64,000 bases of DNA. Source: Chiloscyllium plagiosum. Lineage: Eukaryota. The stretch covers positions 63,822,602-63,886,601 of the forward strand of contig NC_057719.1 of assembly GCF_004010195.1 (NCBI RefSeq), in the 5' to 3' direction. The notes below the pieces were generated by a model. It had not been told where the DNA came from. It worked only from the letters and a program-made list of their open reading frames with translations, and did not search any database. A program made the position numbers and the translations under genes. Numbering within the stretch: the first letter of the stretch is position 1; each line of letters opens with the position of its first letter. This document shows, piece by piece, positions 54,396 to 64,000 of this stretch.

Positions 54396-55217
54396 CAGAG
54401 GAACCTCGATTATCCGAATGAGATGGGCGGATACTATTTTGTTCGGATAATTGATTATTTGATTAATCGATTTTAGCTTAAACAAGGGAAACCATACTGA
54501 TCTGGCACTGTGCTCCACCAGAGAATTTGTTTAAATCTATAATTTTAATGAGTCTGCCATTCAAACAAACTAACCTTTGCAGTCTGCAAATTACAAGTTA
54601 ACATGAGAAGAACTGAAAGACAGTGAGATTTCAGATGCTGGCGATCAGAGTTGAGAGTGTGTTGCTGGAAAAGCACAGCAGTTCAGGCAGCATCTGAGGA
54701 GCAGGAAAATTGATATTTTGGGCTGATGAAGGGCTCCGGGAAACGTCGATTTTCCTGCTCCTCGGATGCTGCCTGACCTGCTGTGCTTTTCCAGCAACAC
54801 ACTCTCAACTCATGAGAAGAACTAAACTCTTACCATGAAATCCCAGCATTAAACAAGGTCCTGAGCAGCTTCTATAATTGCATGACCATTTACAGTATCA
54901 GTTTCCAGGAACCCAGTCTGGCGATAGGAAGACGGAAGTCCCGTCTCATGCACGCGTTTACGTTCTCGGCCTTTTTTTTAAATGAACAGCCTGGTAAAGT
55001 GCTGGGAATACTGTAAAATACTTACTTTTGCAAAGGGTGGTGTGTTGCTTGTGTTTCTTTGTTTTTGTCAGCGTTTTCACATCTTCTTCAGTCCAGATAA
55101 ATCAAATACACTTACCTCTTTGATGTAATGTTTTTGCGGGACTTTGAAATCTTCTTCAAATAATCCAATATTCAAATAATCCTCTATATGGCAATGATAC
55201 AATTGAGAACTCCTTTG
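54396..55217. mobile_element. Old Tigger-like MITE hosting a PLE insertion
   Basis: Left end cagaggaacctcgattatccgaa, degenerate right end aattgagaactcctttg followed by TA. Subterminal ttcggataat-like repeats. Confidence 0.55.
54615..54810. mobile_element. Palindromic PLE insertion (family A)
   Basis: Perfect 13-bp TSD catgagaagaact at 54602-54614 and 54811-54823. Core ctgatga...gaaacgtc at 54723-54747 with a damaged stem II. Confidence 0.85.
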
Positions 55218-55298
55218 TACGAATGTCAAGGGATCCTTTAAATACATTTCATCAGGTGGATAGGATTTCAGTTTAATGCCTTAAGAAAAAGCAGTGAT

Positions 55299-55388
55299 CA
55301 CAACCACCTGATGAAGGAGCAGCACTCCAAAAGCTAGTGCTTCCAAATAAACCTGTTGGATTATAACCTGGTGTTGTATGATTTTTAA
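55299..55388 (+). mobile_element. Single-arm family C PLE end with an eroded hammerhead
   Basis: Homologous to 45662-45748. Flanked by cagtgat at 55292-55298 and 55389-55395. Confidence 0.75.
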
Positions 55389-55714
55389 CAGTGATAGTAT
55401 GACAGTCTCTGTATTAGGCTGAAATCATATTCTCAATTCTGTGCTCAAGTCCGTGGTCCTCTAGCTCAGAGCAGAACCGGTTCCAGTGAACTGAAACTTT
55501 TTTTTTTGCCATTAAGCACTGGATAAAACAAATATAGTTCAGTTGTCACCTACATCAATTCAAAGTCAGAACACTTAATCACATTGGAAATCAATGCTTC
55601 AATAACTGCAAGTGAAGTTGGAATGATTACAATGGATTTTAATATAGTTAGAAAGTGACATGGAATTTTTATGTGAATTATTTTTAATATACAACAAATT
55701 ATAGAAGTTTATTC

Positions 55715-56060
55715 AATCATGGGATGTATAGATAGGGTTAATGGTCAGTGTCTTATTCCCCAGAATGGGAGATTTCAAGACGGGGGACACATTTTTAAAG
55801 TGAGGAGAGAGATTTAAAAAAGACATGGGGACAAATTCTTTACACAGAGGGTAGTGTTCGTGTGGAATGAACTTCCTGAGGAAGTGGTGGATGTGGGTAC
55901 AATTGCAATATTTAAAAGACACTTGGATAAGTACATGAATTGGAAATGTTTGGAAAGATATTGGCTAGGAGCATGTAGGTGGGTCTAGTTTAGTTTGGTA
56001 TTATGTTCAGCATGGATTGGTTGGACCGAATGGTCTGTTTCAGTGCTGTATGACTCTATG
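55715..56060 (+). mobile_element. CR1 3' end fragment
   Basis: IMGCIDRVN... C-terminus and tail ggtctgtttcagtgctgtatgactctatg. Confidence 0.8.
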
Positions 56061-56521
56061 AATTATATAAATTAACTGGTTACTTTAATTTATTATTCTG
56101 CTTCAATCTTGTTTATTTTCACCCCTTGAGCTCATCACAAATCAGGAAGATTAGAAACATCTGTCCAAGTCTCTGTTAAATCTATTAATTCAGTCTCCAC
56201 GAACTAGCTTAAGATAAACTTTCTTCTCTCCTTTGGGCTGAGAATGATGATAATTTGAGATAACAAATAGAAAATGGGGATTTTGATGTTTATTTCCATT
56301 TGCGTTGATTGAATTCCATTCCATATGTACACAGAAAATTATAGACACAATATGAATGTTTAATCTGTAGACTTTGAGTACAGTAGAATTTTCACTAATT
56401 GTGCATACCGAATGAGTTATGCTACAACTCAGCTACAAGCTAATTCATTGGCAGTAAGTGATGAGGTGCAGAATAGTCTATCCTGTTGCTATGTTTTGTG
56501 GAATTGCAGTTGGGTACTTAA

Positions 56522-56716
<195 letters not shown>

Positions 56717-58035
56717 TAAACAATTAGAATCATAATCAGTTTAAAATTTAGTGTTAGTTATTATGTCAAAGGTAAGACACATAAATGATGTTCCCTGTAA
56801 ATTTATTGGTGGTTTCATTTAATATTTGCAGCTGTGTGTGTTCTCATTCCACAGATCAGTTTTGGGCACTTGATATATTTCAAAGGCTGTTTGTGTAGAT
56901 TTGCTGAATTGTTTTAAGCTCAATCATAAGCATGACTCTTTTCCAGTGTAACAGCTTGAGAAGTCAAAGAGTCCTGTACATCTGTGTAAGCTTATTTAAA
57001 GCCAATGTATTTAAAGGCTGTGGATTCATTTCTATTTGTGTAGGTTAGAAGAAAATTTGGGTTATAAGTTTGAAGTTGTGATTCATGAAATGTTGTTAAA
57101 TGATTGCATGCTTGAGATCATGTACTGTGCTGATGTTTAGGATCCATACCAGCTTGTGGGACCTGTCAAGGTATGGCACCGCTCTTCCCTAATGATCTCA
57201 TTTCTAGGAGTAAAATACTTGGGTAGCATAAAACAAGCTCATTGTATCATACTTGATGACCTACCAACTTTTATATCAACACTTCATAAATGCACAATTT
57301 AAGATGACATGATCTGTGTCATTGAAAGCATTATTGTGTCATGTCATTATAAATGATTCATCATTCTGCAAGTTGTATTATTTTATGCAATGTTTATCAT
57401 CAAACTAACTGAAAGCTTTGCTTTTGATTTCTATTTCATTTTTTTCAAACATGGCTCTTTTAGTGACGTGCTCTCAAGTGGAAGAATATCTACTTAGTCA
57501 CCTGTTTGTTTTCTTCACTTGCAAATCAATATCAGTCTTAACACAGGCATTTCTAAATTTTGTCAACTGAATCCATTTTGCATGTCCAGCAGACTTATGT
57601 ATGTCTAATGGAAATGTAGCACCAAGAACGTAGAATCAAATTTTTTGTACAAAAGTGCCCACTAAATTGTGGGAACAATGAGTTCACATAACTTATAATC
57701 TGGATTTTAAAGTTAAGATTTATTTCCAATACTATGCAGTGGTGTGATAGTAATAAATACTTTGGCAAAAACAAAACTGTAACATTTTAATATTCTTTAT
57801 GTGTAGGATAATACATAGCTGGCAATGAATGATGAGGCTGCAATTCAGTTGAGCAGAGCTGATGCCAGGAATTGCAAAAAAAAAGTGACAGTGATTTAAA
57901 AGCATCAGCAGAGCCCCCACGATTGAATTGAAGCCTTTAAAGTCACCGCAAGCTATTTGTAATTGATTGTAATATATATTGAATAGTTTATTTGAAAATA
58001 ACATTCGTTTTTAACTTTTTTTTACCGTTATGCAG

Positions 58036-58074
58036 CGGGCGCGGTAGAGGCTGATGGTGACGTAGGATCTGAAG
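58036..58074 (+). CDS. GPHN: Candidate alternative in-frame cassette exon of gephyrin (AGAVEADGDVGSE)
   Basis: Branch-like ttttaac, T8 tract and tgcag acceptor, then AAG|gtatat donor. 39 nt, open only in the phase-1 frame required by the upstream exon. No transcript evidence available. Confidence 0.45.
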
Positions 58075-61000
58075 GTATATGGCATCAAATGATGGGTATT
58101 ACAGTATCACAAGCTTTTTTTGTGGCAACGAATTACCACTAAATAAACTATTCAGTATATATTATAGCCAGTATTTATTTCCTAGCCTAGTTTTCCCAGT
58201 CCAGTCATCTTTATCAACTTCCCTGACCCCAGGTTGCCTGATGCTGTGCAACATACATTTGAGCCTCAATCTATTTTGCTTTGAGCCAGTTAGTATGAGT
58301 GCAATATAAATTGATTTTTTGTTAATATTTCCAGCCCTCCCTTGGAGAATTTGTCTGCCCTCTATCTGCCTGTTTCCCAGTTGGCTCCACCTGAGTTTGG
58401 AAACAGATCATGAGCTTAGAACCTGATTTGCAAACTTGGTTCCAACCATTCTGTGGTATAGAGTATGAATACTTGAATGTACTGTGCACCTGTGCTGTCA
58501 CCAGATGTAGCATTAAGTGATAGATTACCATCAGGGGTTGTCTCACTGACTTATTTTAAATATCTAATTATTTCCTCCAATAATTTTGTTGAATAAGTAA
58601 TTTATTGTAGAAAAGGTACAATGGCTGTACACTGTGGAGTGTGGCCATATTGTTCAAATATTATTTGCTTTCCAGGAATAGAATTTTATTTGATTGTAAT
58701 ATGGTAAAACATTTTCAACACAGGTGTACTGCTAATAAGCAAACTAATTTGGCCTCCTGTATGTATTGGCAATTGTTTATACACAAGATAATTTAAGAAA
58801 AGATTAATGTCATCTTATTATTGTTGTCAAACGTTGACGTGTTTATCTCGGTCAGTCTCGAACAAGATGCTCTGTGGGTCGAGACATTTCTTCAGAGGGA
58901 GAGAAGGAAAATGATTTGGCAAGTCACCCTTAGTCTATTCACAAATAAAACTCTCAGTAGACTAGCAGAAAGCACTAGAGCTGAAAGCTGCAAAATGAGC
59001 ATCTGCCTAACCTGTTGGGCAATTGATGTTTGTAGCATAAAAGGCCGAAAAAAAACAAAATAAATAAATATGACAAATATTCCCTTTTGTTTTACATTTA
59101 AATGTTGGTATTTAGCTGATGTGTTTATCTAATTGGAAATTTTAATAAACATAAATTGAAACTTGAATTATGCATGTGGAAAAATTCAATGTACAATAAG
59201 GCCCTTTATATCTGAACTGTATTAGGTCCATAACTATTATAATGCAGTAGAATTATCAGGCAACTCGAGTTTCAAACATGATCCCTGTTACCAGATGAGC
59301 CCATGTGCTCGAGCATTTTATATCACTAACTCACAATGGAAGGAGCCTGTATGGATAATTAAGCTGTCTGCCCATCATTGAGTTTGTATTTTATTACTTT
59401 GTGAAAATGAAATAATTTTCAGCCTTTGCAAGAAGCATTTTTAAAAAGTATGAACTTTAAAGTGTTGTGGTTCTGGGAAGTGTCCTGATGAAAAGCAATT
59501 GGGCCTAATTTTTGAATGACTGAAATCCTTGTAGGACAAGACATTGCATCATGACATTTTTTTGTTTAAAATGCCAAACCTTTTGAGTTGATACATGCTA
59601 ATATGGAATAATTAACATTTTGCAATACTTCAAAGCAAGATGAATAAGCCAAAAGTAGATAGGAAAAACCTCTTTCACACAGCAACTGTTTCTTCAGTAC
59701 TTGGGGTTGACATAGCAACTTGTCTCCAGATCATCAATGCGGACATAAAAGTTTTGGTAAAATTGGAATTCAACAAAATATGTGCATAAGTATGGTCATG
59801 CTAATGTTGGAGAATTCTCTCTCACTGAGTGTTTTATGAGGTGTTTATCTATGTAGCTCTTGCTGATAAAATAATGGCTTGTGAACAACATGCAGTTATT
59901 ATCGCTAACTTGGCACACAGATTCAGAGGATTAGGAAACATGCTACAACTGAGAGTCTCCAGAATTCACTGGTCAATTAAACTATTCACCATTTGCTCCA
60001 CATACATGGCATATTTGGTCTCAGTGTTATTTTAAAGGATTTGCTGATTTTAAATGTTAATTATGCATTAATCTCACCACTGAAAATTATGCTTAGCAAT
60101 AAATAGCGTGTATTAGTTATTTGGTCCAGACATTTAACTGTGTGATATTGAGTGTCACTCACAACTTCTCTGGCCTGGAAAGTGAATCATTGAAACTGGA
60201 GTCTCATTTCTCAGGTGGCAAATTGTTCTTGTCAAATTTAACATTTTGTGACTTTCCTCTCCCTCTCGACTAAGGCTCTCTTTACTACTTTTTCACGGTC
60301 CATTAAGTATCTGGTCACCTTCAGTCATCTTTTGTTTCTGTCTCAATCCTTAAATTCATTGGTTAAAATAGCAGACTGCAGTGTTGCACCTCACCGAGAT
60401 CCCACCGAGGCCTCGTGGCACCTTTAACAGCCCGTCATGCAGCAAGTTAGAGCGCAAAATATTTTTAAGCTCAAAATGTGTAGAGAAAAATCGAACCAAT
60501 GAACTATACCACAATATTCTTCTTTCCAACGTAATCCAGATCTGTGCAACCCCCCCTGAATGTTAGGTGCATAAAAATCTTTTTACTCCTGAACTCAGTC
60601 CATTCGAGTGAATAGGATGCAGGTGGCTTACTTTAAGCAAGATCCCAATCTGCAAGAATTATAACTGGATAAAAATATCATTCATTCACGTGTACACATT
60701 ACTACTTCAATTTTAAAGGTTTTGCATGACATTATCGCTTCTCCTGTAAAACTTTCACTTGGTCCGATTCATAATTTGGAGTTCTGGCTGGACAGGTGGT
60801 GAGTAGACATTGCATTTGAGCTGCAGTGCAGAGAGGATTGTATTCTTGAAACGTACAATTGGCCACTAGTTGCTCAATTTGCCTCAACATAAAGAAATAA
60901 ACTCTGTACCTTTTGCATCGTAACAAAAGAATCAGTTTTGTTTAAGATCCAAGATTACCACACCTCAAGTTTCAAACATCCAAGGTCCTCCACATGATTC

Positions 61001-61499
61001 AACTTAAGTGAAGTACATTAAAAGGATGATGATATTTTATTTTTCAGAAGAATTAAATGAAAGTATTTACCCTGTTCTTTGACAGAACAAGCCAGCTTGG
61101 TTCATGAGATATAATCTTGGATTATAGAATGGGGAAGAGACACGAGGTTTGAGCACTACCAGCAAGGCTAGTATTTATTGCTCTTGCTTAACTGTCCTCG
61201 AGAAGGTGGTGGTGAGCCATCATCTTGAATGACTGGGTTCAAATCTGGTGCAGGTATGCCCACAATGCTATTATCTATACACCTTGCACCCTGATTATAG
61301 AACAACATTGACAGAGTGTTAGGCTTGGATATTTGCAGGGCTGGATGATCTATGGGCGTGAAAATTGGAACTCCGACATCCTGCTTAGCAAACTGAACAC
61401 GAAGTCAAAGCCAGAGAGGAGGAACAGTGATCATAGGCTGGGGAGTAATTATGGTTGGTGTGCAGTGGGAGATTGTGACTAGGGGAAGGAAGGAAATAG

Positions 61500-62700
61500 A
61501 AACCTTGGAGTGGGAGTAGACCACACTGCTCTTTGAGCCTTATCAGTCATTCGAGATCATGCTAATCATCTACCTCAAATGACATATTCCCAGACGCCCC
61601 TTGATATGAACTAGGAGTCTCACAATCTCTATCTTGAACTTATTTAATGGTTAATTTTCACACTACTCTGGAATAAAGAATTTTTACCATTCACCACCAT
61701 CTGAAGAAATTCTTCATCTCAGTCCTAAATGGCTTAAGTCTCCCTTGTTCTAGACCCCACAGCTAAGGAAAATGCACTTTCTGCAATCACACTATCTAAA
61801 CTGTTAAGAATTTTATAATTTTTATGAAATAGTCTCTCATTTTTCTGATCTCAAGAATACAGGCTCAATCTCAGCAATCAGTCTGGTGAAACTCCACTGC
61901 AGTCCATTTCTGGCAAGTATACCCTTCTTAGGCAACAGGACCAGAACTGCACATAATACTGCAGGTACAGTCTAACCAATGTTGAGGACAATTGAAGCAA
62001 GGTTTCCTTGCTCCTATGTTCAAATCTTCTTGCAGAAGCACATTGGCTTTCAGTGACATATGAACAAGGATGCCAATCTTTCACCATTTAAGAAATATTC
62101 TGCACCTCCATTCCTGCTATCAACGTGGATAATCTCACACTTATCCACATTATATTACATCTACCAAGCTCTTGCTCCCTGACTGAGTCTGTCTCAATCT
62201 CCTCAGAATCTCTTTGCATCCTCCTTATAAATGATATTCCAACCAAGTTTTCTGCCATCCACAAGCTTGGAAATATCAATGATGTGAGGTCAAAATACAA
62301 TATGATTGAGAACAGCTGGGACTAATCACTGATCCTTGTGATACCCCACTCGTCATAACCTGCTGACCTGAAAATTGCTCAATTTCTCCTGGTTAACTGA
62401 GCCTCGATCCAGGTCCATGTATTGTGTGATTTGTGTTCTGTGTGCAACTTTATCAAAAGCCTTCTAAAAATCCAAATCCAACACATTGACTGGTTCTCTC
62501 TGCTTACCACACCCTTAAATTATAACATGTTTGTCAAACAGGATATCCCTTCCACAAATTGACATTGTCTAATTGGACACAGTCAATCATCTTCTAACTG
62601 TCTGGTAATCACATATTTATAATAGATTGTCATATCTTCATTCTGACTTATTTCAGGTTAACAGGGCTGTAGTTTCTCATTTTCTCTCTTCCTCTTTCTT
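61500..62700 (-). mobile_element. Old CR1 3' part
   Basis: ORF 61878 LLQLSSTLVRLYLQYYVQFWS and RT remnants. Confidence 0.7.
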
Positions 62701-64000
62701 ACTGAGTGGGGTTAAATTGAGGAAAATTGTAGAGGTTATGGAGGTGGAGGATCAGATAATCTCCAGGAGAGAAGCAGATAGTTTGGTTGAGCCAGGAGGA
62801 AACACGGGAGGGTGGGGTTGGAATAGGAGAGAATTTCTTCTCCCTCTTCCCTCCCCGGATAATGTTTGTCCCTGGGAGCTATCCCACTTAATACTGAGGC
62901 AATTTGCAATCAGGAAAAAAATGGCCAAGATATATGCATTTTTTTGAGGAAGCAGAATAAGACCAAAGTCCAGAGGAAACTTTGTTTTGCATTCAAAAAA
63001 GAAACGGAAAGTGAAATTTGGATACTTTTCAGATTTGTCCAAAAGGTTCATGTGTCATTGAACAATTGCACCTGTTATTATTCCCACTATTTTCACTTAC
63101 TCTAGCTGGAGACCAAGTATCATTTTATTACAGAAAAGCAATTGTTGTGTGAACAGAATTCAAGTTAACATTCAGTGTTGATGAATTCGGAAATATTTTC
63201 AGAAATATAAATTAATAAGTTTATTGGCTAACTGATGCAAAATTGCAATAATCAACATTAATAGATAATAATTGTGCAAAATACAGCAGTTTCTCAACTA
63301 AAATAACTAAGATTTTAAATATAACAACATAAACTATGTTTGATCATTTGTAACAAATGTTTCTGAAAAGGCTTTTTGCTATGTGTTTCATGTGTAATTA
63401 ATTCCTCAATTCACATGATTTACTCAAAGAATTAAATGAGCATTGATATAATGTTTTGTTCTACACTTCAAGCAACCGTAGCCTGAATTTTGTAAACATA
63501 TGAGTAAAATTATTATTGTAAGCAAACAGGAATTCTGAAACATGCATGTTCTGTACTTTAAAAACTTGGTGTCACATTTAACATATAATGGCCTGTGTTG
63601 TTCAGTGAATGCTTTTTGATGTTGTGAACTTCAGTATGGGTAGTGCTGAAGCTGGATTGAACTAATTTGCTTCTTCTTCAAATTATTACTTTCATTTGCA
63701 AAAATCATTTCATAATTCAGTTCCCACTGTGGTGATTTCACAGTGATAGTTTTTATTATTAACAAAAGGAAATCTTGGGTGTTCTTTTGCTTGCGTGATG
63801 CCCAACGATTTCTTTTAGTTTCATCAATTGTATCTAGTTTATTGTTACAGCTACACAACAAACAGCTGCTCCAATTATAGCATAAACTTGTAAGGACATG
63901 CCTAGCAGTTGTCAAGTACAATGTTAATGCATTCATCCAACTTTCTTGTTTTAGTTTTTTCATTGAGTTAATTGAGGAAAACCATAATGGAGGCAATTTT

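Noticed and set aside
57819..57868. ctggca...AUGAUGA...CUGA-tgccag resembling a box C/D snoRNA or SECIS
   Set aside because: Only 50 nt, with wrong spacing between stem and box C and no C'/D' or guide region. The helix is too short, and an intron is the wrong location, for a SECIS.

Overview
This is vertebrate genomic DNA, not prokaryotic. The repeat families suggest a cartilaginous fish, probably a shark (inference). The whole window lies inside the gephyrin gene (GPHN, + strand). Five GT-AG coding exons of the C-terminal MoeA-like E domain (831-984, 5268-5389, 10485-10572, 39063-39136, 56617-56681) splice in frame. Their introns are full of decayed CR1-, L2/CR1-group and Rex1/Babar-like LINEs, tRNA-derived SINEs, Tigger-like MITEs, a probable solo LTR and a Harbinger transposase relic, and there is one 330-N assembly gap. 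Three things stand out. (1) More than ten Penelope-like element (PLE) insertions from at least three families carry minimal hammerhead ribozyme motifs; most are fold-back palindromes with a tail of about 31-38 nt on one arm, and several have clear target-site duplications (TSDs). (2) A 3.93-kb composite PLE insertion (20689-24618) is bounded by a perfect 16-bp TSD, splits a CR1, and carries about 2.6 kb of unrelated genomic DNA plus a twin-priming-type inversion. (3) A candidate 39-nt in-frame cassette exon (58036-58074) would insert 13 aa into the conserved LPGNPVS motif of gephyrin. Exon, TSD and ribozyme coordinates were counted by hand. LINE and SINE boundaries are approximate, and family names come from motif recognition, not database searches.
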